From the NCBI GenBank assembly GCA_964252035.1, contig OZ176204.1: a DNA stretch of 64,000 bases; one strand, 5' to 3'. Within the stretch, counting starts at the first letter, position 1. Every line of letters starts with the position of its first letter. The position numbers and the translations under genes are program-made. The DNA is from Podarcis erhardii (taxonomy: Eukaryota). This document shows, one piece after another, positions 23,516 to 33,400 of this stretch. Below the pieces are notes generated by a model. The model saw only the letters and a program-made list of their open reading frames with translations. It did not search any database and was not told the DNA's origin.

Positions 23516-24077
23516 CACCACAAACCACAGACTTTCCCTACTTTATTAACGGAACAATTTTGCAATAAGGACACAGTAACTAACCTAATATAGTGGCACT
23601 ACCTGGAATAATAAAATCTTTTATCACAGAGCTAGCATCGATGATTTATCAAATGTTTCGTAAATATTCAAATTGCATCTGCATAATTTGAGGTACAGAG
23701 GATGCTTGCTACATGCAGGCCAATATGGCATGGGGAAAGAGACATTTGGTGGCCCGTAGAGCCTGGGGGGGTCTATGTAACCCACCCAGGGTGTCCATGG
23801 CACCATTCACGTAACAAAAGCTACCACAGATACATCAAAATTTTTAAAAGTAGGGGGTTGATGGGTTGGCTTTGGAAAAACAGGAGATCTGTAGTAATTG
23901 GGAACCACTGACATAGAGGTTTACCGGCAGTCCTTTGCAGGGTTAGACATGCCTCACTCTGCAAAAGTGTACAGCGCAGTAATAAGGACGATGTTGCTGA
24001 ATTGTTGGAATACTCTCTGTTATTCACTATACATTTAATAAAATCACAATAAATAATATAAGGATTACACGAATTAC

Positions 24078-24107
24078 CTTCACTAACTTTTCCACTTCCT
24101 GGAAATC
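24078..24107 (-). CDS. PBLD: PBLD coding exon 5 of 9 (DFQEVEKLVK)
   Basis: 30 nt; ttcatccag acceptor, gtaatt donor; human equivalent DFHEVEDLIK. Confidence 0.95.
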
Positions 24108-24192
24108 CTGGATGAAAAGAAATAAATATGTATATAATGATTGCTCTTAACTAATCTTTTGGAAAAATGCTGGCAATTTAAGTTTATCTAAC

Positions 24193-24302
24193 CTGTGGAT
24201 AAGTAGGGTAGAGAGGTAAGTCCAGGATAATACGATCGCCTGCTTGTCTGGCATTTAATTCTCCACTCAGAGTTACAAAAGTGAGGGTTGAATTCACATT
24301 TT
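24193..24302 (-). CDS. PBLD: PBLD coding exon 4 of 9 (NVNSTLTFVTLSGELNARQAGDRIILDLPLYPTYPQ)
   Basis: 110 nt; flanked by 84-nt and 85-nt introns. Confidence 0.97.
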
Positions 24303-24386
24303 CTGTTTTTAAAATTAGAAACATATAACTGTAATATAGGCTGAAAGGTATATTTGCAAATAACTTATAGCTTAAATGTTAATTAC

Positions 24387-24485
24387 TCTTGTTGTGGAAT
24401 AAGACAGCTGCTGAGGCAAGGGTAGCGTGGCCACAGAGTGGGACCTCCTTAGCTGGTGTAAACCACCTTAATCCAAAATGGGAAC
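24387..24485 (-). CDS. PBLD: PBLD coding exon 3 of 9 ([32 protein letters not shown])
   Basis: 99 nt; PhzF-family LRWFTP.EV.LCGHATL motif. Confidence 0.98.
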
Positions 24486-25333
24486 CTAGGAAAAGAAAAT
24501 TCAAGAGTCAGGTTTACAGTAAACTCTTCCTGTAGCTTTACGGCTGTATCACACCAGATTTTCAGCCATTTACTTGCCCTTTTATAGTGTTACTGCACGT
24601 GAATCCCTTTCCACATAACACCTGTGGTTTTCTTTGATAAAACAGAAAGAAAACACCCATCTATTTGTAACATGCCAATGACCGATATTAATTTTTAAAA
24701 ATGGAAGTATGGGTGTGGTAGGTATTTCAGAAGATGAATCAGTAGCCTCCCTATAGGCTATTGTGTGTGTCAGCTATTTGGTGATAAAAATGTTCCACAG
24801 ATGAAAATTCCTCCAAGATGAAGAAAATAAGATGGAACTACGCCCTGGACTGCCTGTGCTACAAAATGAGATGGCGCATTCCCGAGGTGGCAAGAGTTGG
24901 TAAAACCATTCCAGGTTGCATGTGACAGATGCCATTCTTAATGCATCTCTGAGTTGTTGTTTTAATTCTCTGTAAGAAAGCTAGCAGATTAGGAATAAAA
25001 ATTCTAATCTGTGTCACCCCTTCTGCTACTTTTCTGCTTGCAGGGAGATTTTATACAAAGGAGCATTCAGTGGTATCTCTCTGCTTTAGTCTTAAGCAAT
25101 ACAGTCCACTCTGCCACATTAGAAATTGTAGAATTCCCAGGGTTCCTTGGGAAAAAAGGTTAACTGTTAAACCAGATTAGGTCTGTGGTATGTTTATACA
25201 CCAAGTATTTATTGCCTCAACTTACATTATAGTCTACTAACTAAAGTATCAACCTTCCTTAATATTTTTAAGCAGGGGATACCTTCTGCTGAAGTCAACT
25301 GAAAAATTACCGCTTATTTTAATGTAGTCTTAC

Positions 25334-25433
25334 TTCTTGCAAAGTCATCAGTAGGATGCAGTTTTCTGATGAATGCCGTTTCTGAGAGGTTCATTTCTGT
25401 TGCGATTTTTTGGTGCCAACCTTCTTCCAGTTC
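25334..25433 (-). CDS. PBLD: PBLD coding exon 2 of 9 (ELEEGWHQKIATEMNLSETAFIRKLHPTDDFAR)
   Basis: 100 nt; EMNLSETAF motif containing the family catalytic Glu. Confidence 0.98.
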
Positions 25434-26209
25434 CTATTTAAAAAAAAAATCAAATAATTGCCCGTGAATTGGTATTATTTATTTTACAGCAAAATAAAAG
25501 ACCTGATAAACAAAGAGCCTAGCATTACACATGAAGCTTAAATAGGTTCATGGTACTGTTTCTTATTCAACAGAGATGCAGAAGCAGTAGGAATGAAGAA
25601 CTAAAAAAATAACCTGCAAGCCACCCCAAACATCACCTCTGCCATTAGGAGGCAGTTCCCTATGAGATACCAAACAATACGTCTGGAATTCCCTTGACAT
25701 AGCAGGGCGGGAATTGCTGGGAAAATCTGGATGTATGGTAAAAACACTTGTTGAATGATCAAAACTAAGTTGAATGATCAAAACTAAGTTTAAGTTCTTC
25801 ACAAACTGGATAAACTTAGTTTTGATCATTCAGCAAGTGTACAAAATATTAAGAAAACTGGATGACATGAGGTGAAAAAGTTGGATCACTTGATATGGAA
25901 TGACCCAGCAAAGCAAAACAAAACAGAAACCCACAAACTCAGACAACTAACTAGCACCATCTTGTGGTAGTTTTGAAATATAGCAATCCTGTGTTTTCTT
26001 ATTTTGACCTAACTGACCCAGGGGTTTGTGGGGCCCTGTGCACAGTCCTTTATGGGGGACCTGTTCATTCAACTAAATAAACATGACCATGCCCAAATTA
26101 GGGTGTATGAGATGATATTACTAATGTTTCTGCCTTTGTGCTGTGCTCACCCCCAACAACTTGGGAACAATCCCGGCAGCAGGCTAGGTAAGAAAAAACG
26201 GTGATGATA

Positions 26210-26445
26210 CAGTCGTACTTTGGATCCCAAACGCCTTGGGAGTCCAACGTTTTGGCTCCTGAACACCGCAAACCTGGAAGTGAGTGTTCCAGTTTATGAA
26301 TGTACGTCAGATGGGGCTTCTGCAGCTTCTGATTGGCTGAAGGAGCTTCCTGCAGCCAATTGGAAATCACGCCTTGGTTTTCGAAAGTTTTGGAAGTTGA
26401 ACAGACTTCCAGAATGGATTCCGTTCAACTTCCAAGGTACTACTG
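26210..26445. mobile_element. Mariner/Tc1-like MITE
   Basis: TA|CAGTCGTACTTTGG ... CCAAGGTACTACTG|TA. Confidence 0.85.
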
Positions 26446-26806
26446 TACTACTAATGATGCCATTGAAATGCCTCCCCCATAACATTTGGGAAAAATCAGG
26501 GGAAACATGATAATAATGATGATAATAAAGGTTATGATAATGACTCTGCACTCCCCCAGCCTCAAGCAACTTGGGAACAATCCAGGAAAAGAAAATAATT
26601 ATGATCCTTCTGCACTGGGCTCCTTCCCTCTCCCCACCAAGAAAACCTCAACAGCTTGGGAACAATCAGGAAAATGTGATGTTGAGATGAAAATGTCTCT
26701 GTACCCCCACTCCCCCCCAAAAGACAAATCAATAAAAGATGGGAGGATGAGGAAATCTGGGCTACCCTGCCCCCCCAACAGCTTTGGAACAATCCTTCCT
26801 GTATGG

Positions 26807-26942
26807 CAGGCTTCCTCAACCTCAGCCCTCCAGATGTTTTTGGCCTACAACTCCCATGATCCCTCGCTAGTAGGAGCAGTGCTCAGGGATGATGGGAATT
26901 GTAGTGTCAAAACATCTGGAGGGCCGAGGTTGAGGAAGCAGG
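26807..26942. mobile_element. Palindromic hAT MITE (ctacaactcccat family)
   Basis: Long TIRs caggcttcctcaacctcagccctccagatgtttt / aaaacatctggagggccgaggttgaggaagc; 8-bp TSD CTGTATGG at 26799-26806 and 26943-26950. Older relatives lie near 9975-10070, 10840-10985, 22575-22700, 48415-48510, 54800-54925 and 55744-55830. Confidence 0.85.
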
Positions 26943-27285
26943 CTGTATGGCATGGCATGGAGAAACAATAAAAAACTATATGCAGAGGGTACATAACTCT
27001 AGAAAATTTGCCAAACCACAGTCTAAAGGTCAAGTCACATATATACAATACATCAGAGCTTTCCAAACTGCGTCAGACATGTTAGTGTGTCAGCTGCAGT
27101 GTGTAGATGTGTCACATGAACGCTCCCCACGCTCCTTTCGGGGCTGAAAAGTGGTTAATCTCTGGTTGGCTAGTAAAACTGAATTATTGTGTCGTGAAAT
27201 AATGCATGTCTAAAAAGTGTGTCACCAACATGAAAAGTTTGGAAAGCTCTGCAATACATGGTCCAAGATTTAATGATTCAAGATA

Positions 27286-27527
27286 CAGTGGTACCTCAGG
27301 TTAAGTACTTAATTCATTCCGGAAGTCTGTACTTAACCTGAAACTGTTCTTTACCTGAAGCACCACTTTAGTTAATGGGGCTTCCTGCTGCTGCCGCACC
27401 GCCGGAGCACAATTTCTGTTCTTATCCTGAAGCAAAGTTCTTAACCCGAAGCACTATTTCTGGGTTAGCGGAGTCTGTAACTTGAAGCGTATGTAACCTG
27501 AAGCATATGTAACCTGAGGTACCACTG
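27286..27527. mobile_element. Mariner/Tc1-like MITE
   Basis: TA|CAGTGGTACCTCAGGTT ... AACCTGAGGTACCACTG|TA. Confidence 0.92.
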
Positions 27528-28203
27528 TACAAGTACATATTTGCAAATGGGCATCCAGAGACAGAGATGGCATGCCAATTGAGCTACTGAATCCTTGGCA
27601 CAGCACTCCTGAGCACAGCCAGTGTAGCTGTGTGGCCAAACATTCTTAAACACCAGCCAAAAAAGCTGCTGAGCAATGGATTCAGACAGGCACAAGAGGA
27701 ATTCATTGACAAAGGTTACAGACGTATGAGAAAGTGCTGAGATTACAGGGTGACAAAGAGCACAAAGAAAGGCAGATAAGGGTGCAAGGCACAGAGAGGG
27801 GCAAAAGGCACAAATAAAATCCAGTGGGCAACACATGCACAAACAGGAAAAGAACTCGTTAGGAACAAACATGGAAAAAAGTCAGACTATTGGTCCATCC
27901 AGTACATTATCTAAGACTGTCAACCTGAGGGTGCCATGGCACCTGTAGGCACCAAGTTGATGACCTTCATGTGTTTTTTGGAGTCAATCCACTGCCTTCT
28001 CTTATGGAGGAGCTTTTCTGAATGAGGGGATCTAGTTCTTCAAATGCCACTATCATCCACAAGTGCCTAGAAACATTCAAATATTTGTCCAAGAAGGCTA
28101 GAATGTTAGTATCTTCAGGGTCCAGGTCCAGTTTCCATAGGAGTGGCCTGATCACTGCCTGATCTAAGGTTATTTTCTACTTCTTGATTGTGGCACAGCA
28201 GTA

Positions 28204-28428
28204 CAGTGGTACCTTGGGTCACAAACACTCGGGTTACAGACTCCGCTAACCCGGAAGTAGTGCCTCGGGTTAAGGACTTTACCTCAGGATGAGAACAGAA
28301 ATTGTGTGTCGGCGGCGTGGTGGCAGTGGGAGACCCCATTAGCAAAAGTGGTACCTCAGGTTAAGAACGGTTTCAGGTTAAGAATGGACCTCTGGAACGA
28401 ATTAAGTTTGTAACCAGAGGTACCACTG
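28204..28428. mobile_element. Mariner/Tc1-like MITE, same family as 27286-27527 in the opposite orientation
   Basis: TA|CAGTGGTACCT ... GAGGTACCACTG|TA; shares gggttacagactccgctaacccggaagt inverted relative to the other copy. Confidence 0.92.
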
Positions 28429-28907
28429 TAGTCACGATCACAGATCATAAAAAGATGCTATGCCGCTGAAGGGGCTGGAAGACCTTAAAAAGTAGCAATT
28501 GACATTTTTCAACCATACTTGGGTGACAAAATACGATGGGTTGGCTTTGTTTAAATCAATACGACTAAATCAGATTAAATCTAAGCATTGTGCACAACTG
28601 TTTCATAAATATGACTGCCAGTGCTTATGAAATAGGCTAATTTGGAATTCAATCTGTGTTCTAAAAAACTCTGGAAAACTTAGCAGGGATTTTTCAGTGA
28701 GGGAAACATTAACTGCAGAAATGCTTCCTGGAAAGTCTTGACATTACTGTGAAAAGTTTCCTGAGGGCAGGAATTTTTGAAAAACACTGGGCCAGATAAA
28801 CAGCACAGGAATTTTCTGTACCCACAACAAACCAATCCTTAGTCAAGAAAAGCATCACTAAAAATTAACATAACTGGCATCAGTCACACACAGCAAAGTT
28901 TTGTAAT

Positions 28908-29088
28908 GTAGGGAGCTGCCCTACACTGAGTCAGGCCATTGGTTTATCTAGCTCATTATGTCTACAGCTCTCCAGGGTTTCAGGCAACATCTCTCCCAGC
29001 AATACTACCTGGAGATGTTGGGGACTGAGCCTAGGAACTTCTGCATGCAATTCTGATGCTCTGCCACTGAGCCACAGGCTTTCCCTAA
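28908..29088 (-). mobile_element. tRNA-derived squamate SINE
   Basis: Minus strand gtggctcagtggcagagcat...gctagataaaccaatggcctgactcagtgtagggcagc; a related plus-strand copy lies near 31410-31580. Confidence 0.7.
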
Positions 29089-29130
29089 CAAACATCAGCA
29101 TTCTGGTAAAGACAAGTTTCAAAAACTTAC

Positions 29131-29214
29131 ATCTTCAAGAAGACAAACAGCTGCAGGATTTCCAGAAAACGGCTGATCTGTAAAGGCATCAACTGTGAAA
29201 ATAGAAATCTGCAT
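29131..29214 (-). CDS. PBLD: PBLD first coding exon (MQISIFTVDAFTDQPFSGNPAAVCLLED)
   Basis: 84 coding nt from the ATG at 29214; gtaagt donor; probable acceptor at 29281-29283. All nine exons sum to 867 nt, or 288 aa as in human PBLD. Confidence 0.98.
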
Positions 29215-30725
29215 TTTCTTCCCTTATTCTTGGCTGCTTTTAAAAATGGCGTTTTGCAAACTGCTGACTCATCTTCTCAGCTGTTGCATAAATGGCTGAG
29301 TTAATATTATACCAAGTGAAATATTACAAGTGTAATGTTACACCAAGTGAGTACAAAAAACTGGTAGCTTTGCCAACACTTATTTTCCTTTTTTTCTTCC
29401 TTACATGTCCCAGCCCAGCAATCACATTTTTAACATTTTCCCTATATTTATAAGAAATTCCAACATTATTTTAATGACTGTTGCTGAAATGATAAATTCC
29501 CTTTTACATGTGTGTCAATGTGATTTACAGATATATCATAAAAACAGCTGAAATGGTTTTTAAAACTATATAAAAAATAACTGAATATACTGTAGGTTTA
29601 AAAACAATACAAAATGAACATCTGTGGCAAAGGATTTTTGAGCTGCTGGAAAACCTTGTTCACACAGAAACGTCTTCCACCATTGTTTTAGAAAGTACAG
29701 ATAGTGCATGCCTGGTATATTTCAACAGGGTTGCTGTTCCACAGAATGGAGCAGCAACACAGAAAGCCTTGTTCTGAGTTACTGTGGAGCCAGTTTCTGA
29801 TATTTTGGGGACTTTATCAGCAGTGTAGCAACCACCAGCAGCTTACTGAGCTTTTTTAGGAAGTTGTGGATTTTAGGGATGGGAAGTGGCTCCGCCCCCT
29901 TGCAGCATCCAAGATGCCCAGCAACCACGGTTCCACCCTCAAACTCCTCTGCTGCCCAGAATCCCAACCCCTGATGCACAGCACAGACTCCCATGGTGCC
30001 CTACCCCCCCCCAGTGCAGACCGCCCCCCTGCCGCAGGCTAGCTACGTTACTGGACTTTAGGAAGAAACATTGCAGTGACCTGTTGGATATACTGTATGG
30101 ATATATAAAGGATAAGGTGGCCTCTTTAAAGGTTAAGCATCAAGAAAAGCTAATTTATGTGTGGAGTTAATTTTTATTAACTGAATTTGGAGAATTATTT
30201 CTGTTTATCTCTGTAGAAAGAAACACAATAGACGTGAAATTCTACACATTTACTCAGAAAAAAGTCTTATAGTGTGTTCAGCGGTGCTGATTCCTGTGTG
30301 TCCATAGGGCTTGGGGACAATAATTATTTTTTTTAAAATGAGTCCTCACCTTGAAGAGTAAGAAATTGTCTTTAAGGTGTAACAATAATTTGTTGTTTTT
30401 GCTGCAACAGATGATTACAGATACCTTTCTGGAAACAGTTGTTTACCTAGGCAAGCAGTATATCATGTTTTAAACATTAAGGGGCAATTATTCTGTGATG
30501 CAATAAAAGTTATGAGTTTAAGATTGTTCTTTGGAATCAGCATGCATACTCATTGCCCATTAATCACTTTAAAATCAATAGGGCTTATGATACACCAGAT
30601 TGGGAACTGTGAGGATTATTTTTCCCTTTTGCATGATATTCTTCCTAGGAGGCAGGAGGTATAACCTTCCATTGGCTCTTTGTTCTCTGGCTGAAAGATG
30701 GGGGCAGTGTGTCGTTCCTCTGAGC

Positions 30726-31166
30726 CAGGGGTCAGCAAACTTTTTCAGCAGGGGACCGGTCCACTGTCCTTTAGACCTTGTGGGAGGCCTGACTATATTT
30801 GGGGGAGGGGAATGATGCAAGAGCACCACGAGCTGCTTACCTGTGTCTTGCGAGCGGCAGGGGCTGGCAGCAGCGGAGGGACGATGAGCGCTGCGCAAAA
30901 GGGCTCCAGAGAGAGGCTGCTTAAAATGGCAGCCGTTCGAGCGCTGCTGCTGCTGGCACCAACAAAGCCCAGCCCCCTTCCTTCTCTAGGCAGAGCAGGG
31001 AGAAACCAGGAGGGAGGAGGCGCCGCCACTACTGTGTGAGGGAGAGGGAAAGGGAAAGAACGCACGCGCTGGCGATCCACACAGCGATTTCTGGATCGTC
31101 TGCGGCCCTGATCCAGAAGGCAATTGGGCCTGATCCGGCCCAAAGGCCTTAGTTTGCCGCCCCATG
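30726..31166. mobile_element. 441-bp non-autonomous hAT (Charlie-like) element
   Basis: Ends CAGGGGTCAGCAAAC / GTTTGCCGCCCCATG; perfect 8-bp TSD CTCTGAGC at 30718-30725 and 31167-31174. Confidence 0.9.
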
Positions 31167-31224
31167 CTCTGAGCACTGCAATTCCAGGACTAGTGGGGAA
31201 TTTACTTTTCAAATGTAAATGAAT

Positions 31225-31375
31225 AATAATATTAATAATAATTTATTAATATCCCGCCCTCCCTGCCCAGGGCCAGGCTCAGGGTGGCTAACACCAAATA
31301 TAAATTACAATAAAACATAATAGGAGGCGGGACAGTTAATTAAAATACAGCTTAAAATGCAGCCTCATTTTAGTA
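31225..31375 (-). mobile_element. L2-type LINE 3' end
   Basis: Plus strand (aat)n-ttattaatatcccgccctccc...gctcagggtggctaaca, the inverse of a squamate L2 tail. Confidence 0.55.
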
Positions 31376-31629
31376 GTAGCCATAAATCAAGACCATAAAG
31401 GGAGGAAACTTCAGATATGAAGTAGTAGAGCACTTACTTGCTTTGAATGCAAAAGATCCCCAGGTCAAACCCTTGCAGGACCAGGTACAGATCTCTGTAT
31501 GAATCCCTGGAGAGTCATTGTCAGTGTGTAGACAGTACTGAACTAGGTGAATCACTGGTGCTCCTCAGCACCTTCCCATATTCCCAAAATAAATGTCAGT
31601 TTGAACAGGACTGTTCCTCCCCAATGCAG

Positions 31630-31965
31630 AATGATACGATATCCCGAGCCACCATGTGGCTTTAGAGCTCAGAGATCAACACGATTCTCTCACTGCACCA
31701 GTTGTGGGAGAAATGCTGGGAGCAAACATGCCCCTTGTACACTGCCATGATAGACTTGATGCCTAAGCTCTACAAGATGATTGCGTCTTTTCAGAAGAAC
31801 ATATGCAGCACTGTTCAGTATGATGGTTCATCCTTGGACACCTTTCCTAGAAAGAGAGGCGTGAAACAAGGCTGTGTCTCAACTCTCTTTGAAATATCCT
31901 CCTCCCTGCTGCTCTCATATGGTACACTTCTTCCATTGCCTCTTGAGACAGACAGATGCCAATAA
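31630..31965 (+). mobile_element. Internally deleted RTE-clade LINE: RT fragment joined to the 3' tail
   Basis: PCGFRAQRST / WEKCWEQTCPLYTAMIDL / STVQYDGSSLDTF..KRGVKQGCV match RTE RT domains; immediately followed by the RTE tail ccattgcctcttgagacagacagatgccaa. Confidence 0.85.
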
Positions 31966-32379
31966 TAGGATTTCACTGAATAATCCATTGAAGGAATATT
32001 CAAGACCCTGGCAACGCTTCTTACACTCAATGTGACACAATTGCAAACAGCGTCACTATTTATTTTCTCCTTGTTGCTATTTAAGCTCCTTAACAGACTC
32101 TCCAGTATTCTGTCAACTGAAACTAAACGTGCTCCTTTTGTATTACAAAGACTTGTGTTTACACATAAGACAGTTTCTGACCTATTGTGGTGAGTTGTGA
32201 CTTAGTAGCTGGCTGGTAGGGATGCCATATGTCCTTTTTTCCATGGGTAGTGTCGTTAAATTATGGTCCCATTATTTTGAACTCACTGGCCTTACTGGCA
32301 CAGCATTAGCAACAGGTACCTTGAAAACACCTGCTTATCAAGGACGAAAGCATCAACGAGTGGGATTACGCAGCGCTAA

Positions 32380-33400
32380 ACTGCACACTCGGCCTTGGAA
32401 GGCTTTCCTTCTGCGCATGCGCCCCGCCATCTCGCTCCCTCGACCTAAACGGCTGTCGCCCCATTCTCCTCCGCAGCGCATGCGTCACGCTCTGCACCTA
32501 GGCGACGCGAGCGAAATTCTCGTCCCCGGCGCCGCGTGTCCTCGCGATACGTCCGCCCGCGACGCCATCCTGTCTGCCTCAGCTGCGTAGCTTGCTAGTC
32601 AGCCGCCCGTTAGGCGCGCTTCCTTGTTCTTTTGTGGGGGAGTCTCAGCCCTGCCGTTAGCGCCGACCGCCTGGGGAAGTGGGTGAGGTGTTGCCGGTGA
32701 GTGGGGTGGCGGGGGAGAGAGGTCGGGCAACTCCGTCGCCGATGCGCCGGGAAAGTACGAGCCGAGGTGGGCGGACCCGCCTTCTCGGCTCCCTGAGAAA
32801 TTCAGCCTTGGGTCAGGTGGCGGGATAAACGGGGGAGGGAAGGGAAGGGTTAAGCGGTGGCTTCCGCGCGCGAGAGAGAGCGAGGGTTCTATTCTCTCCG
32901 TCCGCCATTTTGAATGTGGCGGTGATTTGGCGGGGGAAGGGGGGGGAAAGAGCGGAGGCGGCGCGCCAGGGAGGCGACTGGCTCGCCTGCCGGAGGCCGA
33001 GGTGCCCTTCAGCCTGGGGCTGGCGCTCGTGGCCCAACGGCTCGCCAGGAACGGCGACTTGGCAGCTAACAGCACTAGTGCAGCCAAGGGAGCGAGGGTA
33101 GGGACGACAGATCAACGGCATCCCGGGCCTGACAAAAAGAGGCACGGGAACGCCTTCCTTTGGCTGTTTTAACCGGCGGAGATTCACTCTTCCCCTCCCC
33201 CCCCCTTTCTGAGAGCGGGCATTCTTTGATCTGCCACGCCCCCTCTGCCCAAGGTAGTTCACGCCTGCGCGATGAGTCTGTGCGTGTCGGGCAAGGATTT
33301 GAGCGTAGTGTTGTAGCGCTGTTGATAGTTGGGGGGAGTTTCCTGTGCCGGCTCCCGCGCCCCCCGCCTCGCCATGCTCACTCATGACGAGATGTAAAGA
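32380..33400. promoter_or_regulatory. CpG island and bidirectional promoter of PBLD (-) and HNRNPH3 (+)
   Basis: High GC and CpG content; NRF1 sites at 32412-32422 and 32475-32485; TCGCGATA (BANP/ZBTB33-like) at 32542-32549; YY1 site CCGCCATTTT at 32902-32911; lies between two divergent genes. Non-coding first exons not precisely located. Confidence 0.85.

Noticed and set aside
26140-26800. CRISPR-like repeat-spacer appearance
   Set aside because: Vertebrate intron, degenerate repeats, related spacers and no cas genes.
19397-29214. A second PBLD paralogue, as in mouse Pbld1/Pbld2
   Set aside because: Only one set of nine coding exons is present between ATOH7 and HNRNPH3.
32222-33387. Long ORFs of 122-190 aa across the CpG island
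   Set aside because: Stop-poor GC-rich promoter DNA yields low-complexity Pro/Arg/Gly translations.
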